Part shown: positions 1 to 9,919 of the stretch, piece after piece
How the letters are laid out: every line of letters begins with the position of its first letter
How positions within the stretch are numbered: position 1 is the first letter of the stretch
Assembly (NCBI GenBank): GCA_963775465.1
Contig: CAVZIW010000006.1
Coordinates: forward strand, 224,001 to 288,000
Reading direction: 5' to 3'
Source of the DNA: Candidatus Bathyarchaeota archaeon
GTDB lineage: Archaea; Thermoproteota; Bathyarchaeia; Bathyarchaeales; Bathycorpusculaceae
DNA length: 64,000 bases
The notes under the pieces: generated by a model
What the model was told of the DNA's origin: nothing
Databases searched by the model: none
Seen by the model: the letters and a program-made list of their open reading frames with translations, nothing else
Program-made: the position numbers and the translations under genes

Positions 1-1543
1 CTTGGGCCATAGCTTTGTTGGCTCGAACAATTCTGTGATTGTTATCTAAAATCGCAATCAAGTCTGGGACGCTATCAAAAGTGCGTTCCCAATCAACCTT
101 GGCTTTCTTTAAAGCATCTTCAGCTTTAATTCGTTCTGTTATATCTACGTTAGATTCCATTATTTCTGTAATTTTTCCTTTCTGGTTCAGTTTAGGTTGC
201 CAACAACTTTGAACTGTTAATTCTCTTCCATTCTTGGCGGTGTGCAAAAGGTCTCCTGACCATGTGTTGTTCTTTTTAAGATTCAAAACTATTTTTTTGT
301 AAGGCTCGGGAAATTTTGTTTTCAACAATTCACTGGCATTTTGCCCCAAGGCTTCTTTTTTTGACCAACCGTACAATTTTTCTGCGCCTTTGCTCCAGAA
401 AATTATTGCTCCCCCTAAGTCCCGCACAAAAATGCCGTCTAGACTTAAATCGATTAAGGCAGCTTGGTTGAACACCTCAGCTTGGGCTCGATCCTTATCT
501 GCTTTAAGCCGAAGCATCATTATTCCACGCGCAAAATCACTTGCCAGTTCCGTCAATAATTTAACTTCATCGTCTGAACAAAAATCTTTTTCAGCAGAAT
601 AAAGAGTTAAAGCGCCTAAGACTGTTTCTCCTAATTTTAATGGGAGCGCAATCGATGATGCGTAGCCTCTTTTGAGTGCTTCCTTTCTCCAAGGTTTGAG
701 CGTTGGATCCGTTAGTATGTTTACGCATAGCTGGGGTTGTCCTGTACGAATTGCTCTCCCGGTTGGACCGCGACCCCTAGCTGTATCCGCCCACGTAATC
801 TTCAACGAATCAAGATATCCTTCCTCAAAACCTGCATATGCCACTGGCAGGACAGATTTTGCAACGTCTTTTTGGGCCAATCCAACCCAGACCATCTTAT
901 AGCCACAATCTATGCTAATTATTCTGCAGATTTCCTGCAAGAATGATTCTTCATCAACGGCGCGTGTGAGGGCTTGGCTGCTATTGCTCATTGCTCTCAA
1001 AGTACGGTTAGCTTTCTTAAGTTCGGTTTCTACACGTTTTTGCTTCAAAATCTTGCTTAGTTCATTACCGACTAATTCAAGTTTAGCAATATCCTCTTTG
1101 TTATAGCGCTTTTTTTTATTGCCAACTCCGAAGATAGCATAGACTTTCCCTTTTTCCAAAATAGGATAACTCACTAATCTTTCTAATGGAACATGTCCTT
1201 TTGGAAGCCCTTTTTGGTTGGGGCTCACTTTAAAGTCGTTATATATAATTGGATGTTTTTTACGAATACTGTCTGCCAAGTTACCTGCTTGCTCTATTGG
1301 GTAATGTTTATCATAATATGTGCTGCAATTTTGAAGTGTTCTTTTATTCCATAAGGTCAACTTTATTGTCTTTTGATCGTTGTTCACAAAATGGAAAAAC
1401 CCTATCTTGCTTTCGGTTACTTCTATCGCGTGATCTAAGAAGTACTCGTAGAGTTTACTTTCATCTATGTCTAACGCTTTCTTGTAGAGTTCTAGTAGAA
1501 AGCTGGTTTTTTCCTTTGTTTTTTGGCCTGAATCGTGGGTCAT
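1..1543 (-). CDS. GAF-GAF-PAS sensor protein (probable histidine kinase), runs off the window start
   Basis: Not in the ORF track. Manual translation from ATG at 1543 gives MTHDSGQKTKEKTSFLLELYKKALDIDESKLYEYFLDHAIEVTESKIGFFHFV (GAF), then ITWADTARGRGPTGRAIRTGQP (GAF), then IIFWSKGAEKLYGWSKKEALGQ (PAS). Confidence 0.85.
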   Translation of the reverse strand, partial: MTHDSGQKTKEKTSFLLELYKKALDIDESKLYEYFLDHAIEVTESKIGFFHFVNNDQKTIKLTLWNKRTLQNCSTYYDKHYPIEQAGNLADSIRKKHPIIYNDFKVSPNQKGLPKGHVPLERLVSYPILEKGKVYAIFGVGNKKKRYNKEDIAKLELVGNELSKILKQKRVETELKKANRTLRAMSNSSQALTRAVDEESFLQEICRIISIDCGYKMVWVGLAQKDVAKSVLPVAYAGFEEGYLDSLKITWADTARGRGPTGRAIRTGQPQLCVNILTDPTLKPWRKEALKRGYASSIALPLKLGETVLGALTLYSAEKDFCSDDEVKLLTELASDFARGIMMLRLKADKDRAQAEVFNQAALIDLSLDGIFVRDLGGAIIFWSKGAEKLYGWSKKEALGQNASELLKTKFPEPYKKIVLNLKKNNTWSGDLLHTAKNGRELTVQSCWQPKLNQKGKITEIMESNVDITERIKAEDALKKAKVDWERTFDSVPDLIAILDNNHRIVRANKAMAQ

Positions 1544-1692
1544 GATGTGCCATTCTTCGGTTTGCTAAAAAGAAGATGAGAGAGTTCAAAAAGTTTTCGA
1601 TAACTGATTGCTTCAGAATTCTGTTGTTGCCAGGTGAACCAACATTCATTTTTATATTATTTTGCAGTCTTGTTCAAGAAAGTGAGTATTTC

Positions 1693-1821
1693 ATGGCTAT
1701 TTGCCCCAACTGCAGAAAAGAAGTGGCGACTTCAGTGCGGAAGATAGAGAACTCGTTCTTTTGCATAGAACTCTATTCTTGTATTGATTGTGGATGCTCT
1801 TTTAAGTCTTTTAGTGGTTAA
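1693..1821 (+). CDS. small Zn-ribbon protein (42 aa)
   Basis: MAICPNCRKEV...YSCIDCG has two CxxC pairs; an ATG follows AGTGAG within the 1576..1821 ORF. Confidence 0.65.
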   Translation: MAICPNCRKEVATSVRKIENSFFCIELYSCIDCGCSFKSFSG

Positions 1822-2052
1822 GCTTGGTTTACCTTAACAGTGAAGGTTTTATTTTTAGGCTCCACGGTTTTTTCATATGGATATTTTTAGGGTATTTCAT
1901 TCAATTTGCGATGTTTTTTACTATTTTATGCCTAAAAGTTGGTGTTTTGATATCAGGTTGTCTATTTGAAACTTTTAAGTTGTTGTTGCAGGATGTAATC
2001 ACATTGTTTTATATCCTTCCGAAAAGTTATGAGTAGTTAGGAATGCAAGGGA

Positions 2053-2173
2053 TAGCCAACAAAGTTAAGCGGGTCCGGCTGCTACCGAAGGGGAAGGCGC
2101 TGCCCACATGAATTCTATGCCTTATCCCAAACTAGCACAAGGCTAGGTCCGCTTAACCCAACATTTTTGGCTA
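2053..2173 (-). ncRNA. candidate structured ncRNA (multi-stem junction), family unknown
   Basis: Nested inverted repeats TAGCCAA/TTGGCTA and GTTAAGCGG/CCGCTTAAC enclose three hairpins. G-U pairs favour the minus strand, and there is a TATA-like AAGCTTAATA at ~2211-2220 on the minus strand. Confidence 0.45.
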
Positions 2174-2532
2174 ATCAGACACTGTAGCTGCAATTGATAA
2201 GACGTTACTCTATTAAGCTTATTATGATCATTTTTTTGCATTAACTTATCTAACTTTTTTAAAATCCTCCAATTTTTATCCACATTCAGCAGTGCTGTGA
2301 AATGCGATTTGTCTGAACCTGCCAGCAGCCTATTAGTATTTTGCGAGATTTAAGGAGAAATAAATACTGACATTTTAATAGAACCATTAAAACTTGACCT
2401 TTTCTGCTTTAAACAAGGCCAAAAATAGACCCGTAGTTTTAAGATGGAATTAGGAACAAAAATATTGTTCATTCTGCGGACAAAAGAGATATAGGACTTG
2501 CACCTTTTTGATTCCAACGCAAGTGAAATCCA

Positions 2533-3678
2533 ATGTCCATTCCAAATGCTGAAGAGAACAACAATGAAATGGTGATTACCCCTTGGGAAGTTAAAGGTAA
2601 AGTAGATTATCAACGGCTAATCAAAGAGTTTGGCACTCAACCCCTCACTTCTAAACTCCTCCAGCGTATGGAGAAGCATACCGACAGGCTCCATCTGCAG
2701 CTTGAGCGAGAAATTTTCTTCAGTCACCGCGACTTAGACACTGTATTGGATCTATGCGATAAAGGTACAAAATTCGTTTTGTATACGGGCAGAGGACCAT
2801 CTGGGCCTGTCCATATTGGTCACCTCGTTCCCTGGATATTTACTCTTCACATGCAAAAGACATTCAAAACGAGGCTCTATTTCCAACTAACCGACGACGA
2901 AAAATACCTAATTAGCGATAACGCTGACCTCAAAACCACAGCCAAATGGAGCTACGAAAACGCTTTGGACCTAATTGCATTGGGCTTCAAACCAGAGGAC
3001 ACTTTCATAATATACGATACTAAAGATATAGACTTGCTATATAGCATAACATTAGAAGTTGCTAAACGTATCACCTATAGTACAGCTCGAAGTAGCTTCG
3101 GATTTCAGGATAGCACCAACATCGGCTGGGTTTATTGGCCTGCCATCCAAGCTGCGCCATGCTTTATCCACAAAAAACTCACCGGCGAAAACGTTCCTGC
3201 ACTTATCCCTGCAGCTATAGACCAAGATCCCTATTGGCGGGTAACCCGCGACATCGCTCAAAAACTCGGCTACTACAAACCAGCACAAATTCATTGTCGT
3301 TTTCTACCAGGACTCGGTGCAGGCGGAAAAATGAGTGCTAGCATGCCAGAAACCAGCATTTTCACCACTGACAAGCCTGATGCTGTTAAAAAGAAAATCT
3401 GGAATGCTCTTACCGGAGGCAAAGGTACCGCAGCGGAACAACGCAAAACAGGCGCTGATCCCACGGTTTGCAGCATTTTCCAGTATTACTTTTTCCTCTT
3501 CGAAGAAGACAACAAGAAACTTTCCGAACGCGAGCGCAAATGCCGAGGTGGCGAAATGTTGTGCGGCGAATGCAAAAAAGACTTGGCAGAAAAACTCAAC
3601 GAGTTCCTAATGAAACATCAGGAATGTCGAGAAAAAGCAAAAGACAAGATCGAACAATACAACATAAAACGCAAATAA
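2533..3678 (+). CDS. trpS: tryptophanyl-tRNA synthetase (archaeal type)
   Basis: YTGRGPSGPVHIGH (HIGH), AIDQDPY and KMSAS motifs. Confidence 0.97.
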   Translation: MSIPNAEENNNEMVITPWEVKGKVDYQRLIKEFGTQPLTSKLLQRMEKHTDRLHLQLEREIFFSHRDLDTVLDLCDKGTKFVLYTGRGPSGPVHIGHLVPWIFTLHMQKTFKTRLYFQLTDDEKYLISDNADLKTTAKWSYENALDLIALGFKPEDTFIIYDTKDIDLLYSITLEVAKRITYSTARSSFGFQDSTNIGWVYWPAIQAAPCFIHKKLTGENVPALIPAAIDQDPYWRVTRDIAQKLGYYKPAQIHCRFLPGLGAGGKMSASMPETSIFTTDKPDAVKKKIWNALTGGKGTAAEQRKTGADPTVCSIFQYYFFLFEEDNKKLSERERKCRGGEMLCGECKKDLAEKLNEFLMKHQECREKAKDKIEQYNIKRK

Positions 3679-3875
3679 ATTTAAAAACCGCTCCCAATTT
3701 CGATTATCTGAAACTAATTTTTTATTCAATATTCATTAATTTCGAAATCTTTGAACTATCAGATATACACCAAACGAATTGCAACGAAGATTCACTAACT
3801 TACTTAATTTCCTTCATTCAAGCGATTTTTCTTAAAAAATCAAGTTTTCTAAATTGATTTTTAATTTTATATAGA

Positions 3876-4163
3876 TCAATGTTTCTCTATTTTTTCTTCT
3901 TTTTTATTTAGTTCAATTTTCATTTTGGACTGTACTTTTTTTCTTTGCTTAAATATTAGATATTCTAGCCAGATGCCTATTATCCCACTGCTGAAAAAGA
4001 CTAGTCCACTGACAGCGGCGGGTAATGCTAGGGGGCGATATGGATAAATAACATTTGAGGCGCTCGTTTGCGTCTTTGAAAAAATAAAGAAAACCGTCAT
4101 TGCAAGGAACATTATGCCTATAATTGAAAAACTGTATCCTAAAAAAGCACGCAGATTTGCCAT
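3876..4163 (-). CDS. small two-TM membrane protein
   Basis: Two hydrophobic segments and a Lys-rich tail. Confidence 0.5.
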   Translation of the reverse strand: MANLRAFLGYSFSIIGIMFLAMTVFFIFSKTQTSASNVIYPYRPLALPAAVSGLVFFSSGIIGIWLEYLIFKQRKKVQSKMKIELNKKEEKIEKH

Positions 4164-4494
4164 TTTTTTTCAGTGCTAGTTTTAAGCAAATCTTACCATA
4201 TAAGGTCTTTTTATTGCTGGTCAGGAAAAGCAATTGTTGTACAGACATCCAAGAAGCAAAAGATAAAATCTGAAATCATATTTATTTTTTCGAAATACTT
4301 ACAGTGTTCGGCTCGCTCCATTTGTCTACGTTGAAGGCACCAATTTTTAGGAGCTTTCTATGTAAAAAAACTCTGAATTATGTCTTATTTTGCTTGCTCA
4401 AAAAATCGAAAAATTGCGACCAATTTTTTCAAGCATTTTGGAAAATTTAGTCAAAAAGAGTGGAGAAATTATTTTGCTACATTTCATGGCAAAT

Positions 4495-4716
4495 CTATTG
4501 ATGGCTGAAAGTGTGGTCGTTTATTTGATCGGATAGAGGTGTTGATTTTGCGTGCATTTGCTTTTCTTCGAGGTCTGGGTGAGGGTTTAAAGCGGCTATA
4601 CATTTAATGTTGTCGAGTTTATTCTGCAATTTTTTGTAGGCTACAAAATAATTTAGAAGTTTTACGGCTTCTTCTTTTTCGAACACTTGCTTTTTTTGAG
4701 GCATTTTATTCACCAT
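4495..4716 (-). CDS. hypothetical protein
   Basis: 73-aa ORF with an upstream TATA-like tract; no motif recognised. Confidence 0.35.
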   Translation of the reverse strand: MVNKMPQKKQVFEKEEAVKLLNYFVAYKKLQNKLDNIKCIAALNPHPDLEEKQMHAKSTPLSDQINDHTFSHQ

Positions 4717-4941
4717 TCGATTGTTTATTAAATGTTACGACATAATTCATTTGTTAATATGCACATGTATATGGCAATAGCAGTTTAGGTTGAGAAAGAG
4801 CTTTCACAATTAAGCCAAGAAGGCAAACGCTCAAGAAAAGACAGAGCAATTTTAATTAAATCTGTAAAATATTACGACTCAATACAGTGAAAAGAAAAAT
4901 AAATAAACCCCATAACCCTTTCGCAATCTTATAAGATCAAG

Positions 4942-5502
4942 GTGAAAAAAATGTCCGCTAAAATTCCAATAAATAATACTTCAGCCTATAGACTTCTTCA
5001 CCCAATGCACACCGTTATAGTTTCATGCATTGGCAACAATAATAAACCAAACATCACAACCATAGCTTGGGCAATGCCAACTTCTATCAACCCCCCGCTA
5101 ATAGCTATCAGCATAGCTCCAGGCAGACATAGTCACAAACTCATTGTAGAGTCAGGTGAATTCATAGTTAACATCCCAACACTTGAGCTTTTGCAAGCAG
5201 TATACGCATGTGGCTCACTCACAGGTAGAAGCTTTGACAAATTCAAAAAAACTAATCTAACACAGATGCCCGGTAAAAAAGTTAAAGTTCCCGCCATCCG
5301 AGAATGCATAGCTCATTTAGAATGCAAAGTTGATGATCAACTCGTTACTGGTGACCACACAATCTTTGTAGGAAAAATCTTAGAAGCCTACGCAGACATG
5401 GGGATCTTCGCTGAAACCTACGACCTCAAAAAAGCACGAATGCTCTATCACGCAGGTGGAAACAACTTCTCGTTGCTAGACCCTAAAAATTATAAACCTT
5501 AA
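4942..5502 (+). CDS. flavin reductase family protein (flavoredoxin-like)
   Basis: PNITTIAW, PPLIAISI, GEFIVNIP and GDHTIFVGKI motifs. Confidence 0.9.
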   Translation: MKKMSAKIPINNTSAYRLLHPMHTVIVSCIGNNNKPNITTIAWAMPTSINPPLIAISIAPGRHSHKLIVESGEFIVNIPTLELLQAVYACGSLTGRSFDKFKKTNLTQMPGKKVKVPAIRECIAHLECKVDDQLVTGDHTIFVGKILEAYADMGIFAETYDLKKARMLYHAGGNNFSLLDPKNYKP

Positions 5503-5742
5503 ATCAACTCGGAAATCCAAGTTTACAATCAAATGTCCAAGAGGTTCATAAATGATTGAAAAAGTTTGAATGATTGAGGATTCTTGGTTATTGATTTTTC
5601 GTACAACGAAAATAAACGTTAATCTTAGATTGGGTTTTTCTTACTCATGTTTATAAACTATTCTGGTTGATGCTGGCACTTGTTGGTGGGTTATGGATTT
5701 AAGTCCCCGAAGCATTAACCAATTTTACAGATGTGAATTGCC

Positions 5743-6645
5743 GTGCCATATGACAAAGAGGAATTAGAAAAGTTTCGTCAATCAGGAAAAATCCTGCAAA
5801 AAACCCGCGAAGAAATGCGAAGCTACGTAAAAGAAAACATGCCAATTATTGATGTATGCGAAAAAGCGGAATCGCTAATCTATGCCAAAGGAGGCAAACC
5901 AGCGTTTCCCTGCAACGTAAGCATTAACGAGATTGCAGCACACTACACTTCACCACCCGAAGATATTCTTCGAATTCCAAAAGGTTCAACGGTAAAAGTT
6001 GATTTAGGTGTCCATGTTGACGGCTACGTTACGGATACTGCATTCACAGCTGCTTTCAGCACCGAAGGCAAAAGCATGACTGCAGCAGCTGAACTAGCGC
6101 TAAAAACAGCTGTAGACAATATTCGAGGCGATATGGCATTGGGCAAAATCGGTGGCTTAATCGAAACCACTATAAAAAATCGTGGGTACAAACCTATCAG
6201 CAACCTTACAGGACATAGCGTTGGACGCTATCTGATTCATGCAGGTACATCTATTCCTAATGTTTCCCAGATTTCCCTAAATAAAGTGCATTCCGGCGAA
6301 GTATATGCCATCGAGCCATTCGTAACCTTTCCTGAAGCGATTGCCCGCGTGGAGGACTCCCCCCAAATTACAATTTTCCGTCTACTTAAAGCAAAATCCA
6401 CAAAAACCCAAGCCGCCAAAAAACTCTTAAAACATATTGAAACAAACTTCCACACATTACCATTTGCTGAACGCTGGTTAACTGGAGTTGTTCCACCAGA
6501 GCAACATAAAATTGCCTTCAACGAACTCTTGGCTTCAAAGTCAATAATGGGTTACCCTGTATTTGTTGAAGCAAGCAAAAAACCCGTGGCTCAAGCCGAG
6601 CACACATTGCTTATAAAAGATGAGGGATGTGAGGTTTTAACCTAA
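5743..6645 (+). CDS. map: type II methionine aminopeptidase
   Basis: AFPCNVSINEIAAHY, DLGVHVDGYVTDTA, NLTGH, AIEPF and AQAEHT motifs. Confidence 0.96.
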   Translation: MPYDKEELEKFRQSGKILQKTREEMRSYVKENMPIIDVCEKAESLIYAKGGKPAFPCNVSINEIAAHYTSPPEDILRIPKGSTVKVDLGVHVDGYVTDTAFTAAFSTEGKSMTAAAELALKTAVDNIRGDMALGKIGGLIETTIKNRGYKPISNLTGHSVGRYLIHAGTSIPNVSQISLNKVHSGEVYAIEPFVTFPEAIARVEDSPQITIFRLLKAKSTKTQAAKKLLKHIETNFHTLPFAERWLTGVVPPEQHKIAFNELLASKSIMGYPVFVEASKKPVAQAEHTLLIKDEGCEVLT

Positions 6646-6648
6646 CGT

Positions 6649-7089
6649 TTAAACGTTGTAGGTTTTTTCTTTTTCTTTAACTTCTTTATAGATGGCAACT
6701 ATCATTTGTTTGCCACCGCATTTTTCACAATTGGCATCGAGTTCTTTAAAGACATAATCTCCACGTTGAAATTCCCGAGACGTTTTGCTGTCACAGTTTT
6801 TGACGCACCCGACAGTTGTCATGACTTTAGGAATCTCGATCTTTGCATGAGCTATAGCTTGTCTGGATTGGAATAGCAGAAACACTGACATAACCATGGC
6901 GATTACACCAATCGCTGCCAGGACGCCTGCTGCAACTTGATCGCCGAGGAAGTAAGTATCCACCGCAATGAAAAGCGCTGCAATTGACAGAGCCATCACT
7001 ACAAATACTATTAGCGTGAGATATGACGAGATTTTATTGCTTTGCGGGGTAGTTTGAGTTTGATTTTGGGTCATGCGTTTGAACCTCAT
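6649..7089 (-). CDS. membrane protein with C-terminal Zn-ribbon
   Basis: Two TM helices, then C..C ... REFQRGDYVFK ... CEKCG; overlaps the DUF1512 stop codon. Confidence 0.75.
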   Translation of the reverse strand: MRFKRMTQNQTQTTPQSNKISSYLTLIVFVVMALSIAALFIAVDTYFLGDQVAAGVLAAIGVIAMVMSVFLLFQSRQAIAHAKIEIPKVMTTVGCVKNCDSKTSREFQRGDYVFKELDANCEKCGGKQMIVAIYKEVKEKEKTYNV

Positions 7090-8222
7090 TATTGTCCAAC
7101 TCCTATAGAGTTTCCGACGCCAACAATTATGACTTTGTCGCCTTCTTTGGTGCGTTCCCTTATCATCAATTTAACTTGTTCTATGGCTTTATCGATTGAA
7201 TCATTGATTTCTTTTCGCATGGGTGACACAGCATCGCCAATATCTTGTTTAATGATTATTGCATAATTGCGAATCTTGTATTTAGTTAGTTTTTCTTCAA
7301 TCTTGAATGCGTCCACGCCAGGTCCACCTATGGCTGCACCGATTCCTTCGGCAACTTCACCAACTCCCTCACCTTCAAGCTTTAAGCCTGCGTCAATCAT
7401 TATTAAGCAGGCTATTTTGCCTTCATTTTCTTCAATAGCTGCTTCAACAGCGTCGCCTGGTTTGCCAACGTTTCCGCCAGGACCTTCAGCCTTAATGATT
7501 ATTGCTGTACGTCCTTCTATTGGAACACTTGCCATGACGCAGTCTTTGGCCAGTTTGCGGGTTTCATAACCATGCATGAGTTTTCCTGCAACAAGTGGTC
7601 CTGCTCCATCGCCTATTGGTTGACCATACGCGAAGGCTTTAAGAGCTGATGCATACGCTTCAGCTTCTTTCATTACCATTGGAAGAATCATCTGAAGTTG
7701 CATTATGACATACAAACTCAGAGTTTTTTTACCTTGGATGTAGTAGTGGCGTACAACTTTGTAAATGAAGTTTAACGCCATTGCTGCCTCAAGGGTGTTT
7801 TCTAAGTTGTTAATTTGGACTTCGTCATTTTGGAGTTCGGGCGCCATGAGCTTAACTTCTTCTTTTAGACGCTCGTCTCTAGTATCTAATATATGATCTA
7901 GTTTAGCAACGATTCCAGCGGGATCCATGCTTTGAGGTGCTATAGTGAAGTATTCTAGATAGCGATCAACACGTGTCGAAGGGTCAGTGGTTGGTTTGCC
8001 CAGTTCCTTGATGACATCGATAGCTGTCTTTTTTCCTTCTTCTTTAATATGTCTAAGTTTATGCAGAGAGTTTTCAACTTCACGAATCATTATGTACATT
8101 TGAATGCGTTGACCATAGAAGATGAATCCTATGAAGAATACGTACATAACCAAGCTCAAAACTTGAGTTATTGAATCGGTTCCTGGAATTAAGCTCACTT
8201 TAGTTGCACCACTTTCTTTCAA
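7089..8222 (-). CDS. DUF1512 family protein
   Basis: N-terminal TM, then DPAGIV, PIGDGAGPLVA, IDAGLKLEGE and C-terminal GVGNSIGVGQ. Confidence 0.88.
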   Translation of the reverse strand: MKESGATKVSLIPGTDSITQVLSLVMYVFFIGFIFYGQRIQMYIMIREVENSLHKLRHIKEEGKKTAIDVIKELGKPTTDPSTRVDRYLEYFTIAPQSMDPAGIVAKLDHILDTRDERLKEEVKLMAPELQNDEVQINNLENTLEAAMALNFIYKVVRHYYIQGKKTLSLYVIMQLQMILPMVMKEAEAYASALKAFAYGQPIGDGAGPLVAGKLMHGYETRKLAKDCVMASVPIEGRTAIIIKAEGPGGNVGKPGDAVEAAIEENEGKIACLIMIDAGLKLEGEGVGEVAEGIGAAIGGPGVDAFKIEEKLTKYKIRNYAIIIKQDIGDAVSPMRKEINDSIDKAIEQVKLMIRERTKEGDKVIIVGVGNSIGVGQ

Positions 8223-8294
8223 AAACTATTATAGGACAGTTATAAAGGTATGCCAAATCTCTCAAGGTTTTTCTGCCTTAAAAATAGTTTAAAT

Positions 8295-8414
8295 GCTGCC
8301 AGCTTTCCCAGGTTCACGTGGCCTAAGACCACACTACAGCTGGGAACGGAACACGGTTTAACTTCTGAGTTCGGAATGGGATCAGGTGGAACCCGCGTCC
8401 TATGACCGGCAAAC
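8295..8414 (-). rRNA. rrf: 5S rRNA (stand-alone)
   Basis: Minus strand reads GCCGGTCATAGGACGCGGGTTCCACCTGATCCCATTCCGAACTCAGAAGTTAAACCG...GCTGGCAGC, with the conserved loop C motif and terminal helix pairing; ~120 nt. Confidence 0.95.
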
Positions 8415-8570
8415 ATCCTCTACTGCCCTCCATTCCTTAATATACTTTTAGTTTTTAAGCGGCATTTTTGTTGGAAACGCCAAATTTTGAGCTGATTTAT
8501 GTTTACGCAATTTTCGAATAACTCGTTGACCGCTTAGAACTTACCTAATTTTATAAAATAAAGAGCAGAG

Positions 8571-9842
8571 CTACTTTTTCTTGTTTAGGTCCTCTAAGAA
8601 CTCTTTGGCGCGATCTACTCGGACTTTGCCTTCTTTAACCATTAGATCAGCAACCAAATCGATTTGACCTTCCTTTGCTCCAGCATTAATTGCTATGTTA
8701 CGGGCATGCAAAGACATGTGACCCCTCTGAATGCCTTCACTTGCAAGCGCACGAAGAGCACCCAAATTTTGGGCTAAGCCAACAGAAGCCAAGATTTCAC
8801 CAAACTCATTTGCAGATTTAACATTTAATATTTTCATAGCGATTCGGGCAATGGGATGAGTTTTTACAGCCCCCCCGATTAATCCAACTGCCATAGGCAT
8901 TTCGATCGTGCCTTCCAAGTCGCCATTAACGTTCTTAGACCATTTAGAAATTGAAGTGTATGGTCCGTTCAGAGCTGCGTAAGCATGTGCTCCTGCCTCT
9001 ATTGCTCGATGATCGTTGCCTGTGGCTAAAACCACAGCAACTATCCCATTCATGACACCTTTGTTGTGTGTGGCTGCACGGTATGGATCTGCTGCCGCGA
9101 AAGCTGAAGCATAGGCAATTCCGTCTACAACTGCCTCGCCACCTAGAGCTTCTTTAGGTACAGTACACCAAGCTTTAACTAAACGTTTTGTGGCTAAATT
9201 AGAAATTATTCTAAGGTAAACGTGTCCATTAGTTAATTGTTCAATCATTGGCGCTATGGCTTCTGTCATCGTATTAACCGCATTTGCACCCATTGCATCG
9301 CGACAGTCAACATATAAATGAACAATCAACATTTCCTCCATGGTCGTATCGATAACTCGAGCATCCAAATCCTTCGCTCCACCACCAAACGAGTTGAGGA
9401 CGGGATCTTGATCATTAGCCTTCTTTAGGAGTTCTGATTTTGCGTCTATGACCTGTTCTTTGGCTTGGTTTGCATTTCTAAGTTTGACAACTTGGATTTG
9501 TCCAATCATTACAGGTGTTGTGCTGCTAGTGTGGAATCCTCCACCGTCGCGTACCATTTTTGCAGCGTAGCTTGCCGCTGCTATGACGCTTGGTTCTTCA
9601 GTTGCCATAGGTATTAAGTAATCTTTTCCGTTGATCTGGAAGTTCACACCGATGCCCATTGGTTCTGGAAAAACACCGATGACATTTTCAACCATATGAT
9701 CAGCCAAATCCATCGGGAGTGAACATGATTCTTGCAGTAAATTTGCTTCTTCATCGGTCAAGCCAGCAAAATCTTTCACAATTGCTAAGCGTTCTTTAGG
9801 GGAGAGCTTGTAGAATCCTGAGATTAAAGATGACTTAGCCAT
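8571..9842 (-). CDS. mvaA: HMG-CoA reductase, class II (degradative/MvaA type)
   Basis: ENVIG, PMATEEPSVIAA, DAMGANAVN, THNKG and GIQRGHMSLH motifs. Confidence 0.93.
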   Translation of the reverse strand: MAKSSLISGFYKLSPKERLAIVKDFAGLTDEEANLLQESCSLPMDLADHMVENVIGVFPEPMGIGVNFQINGKDYLIPMATEEPSVIAAASYAAKMVRDGGGFHTSSTTPVMIGQIQVVKLRNANQAKEQVIDAKSELLKKANDQDPVLNSFGGGAKDLDARVIDTTMEEMLIVHLYVDCRDAMGANAVNTMTEAIAPMIEQLTNGHVYLRIISNLATKRLVKAWCTVPKEALGGEAVVDGIAYASAFAAADPYRAATHNKGVMNGIVAVVLATGNDHRAIEAGAHAYAALNGPYTSISKWSKNVNGDLEGTIEMPMAVGLIGGAVKTHPIARIAMKILNVKSANEFGEILASVGLAQNLGALRALASEGIQRGHMSLHARNIAINAGAKEGQIDLVADLMVKEGKVRVDRAKEFLEDLNKKK

Positions 9843-9919
9843 ATTTAGATCACTTCGCAAGTGATTGTTTGATTTTCTACATTTAAACTTTGACTAAACC
9901 CCAACTCAAAACGCTTCAC

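Noticed and set aside
390-1649. Short ORFs in the track (390..602, 672..902, 737..946, 912..1106, 1249..1545, 1461..1649)
   Set aside because: They are shadows of the long minus-strand GAF/PAS gene that runs off the window.
8295-8414. Unlinked 5S rRNA as a novelty
   Set aside because: 5S genes separate from 16S-23S are normal in TACK archaea.
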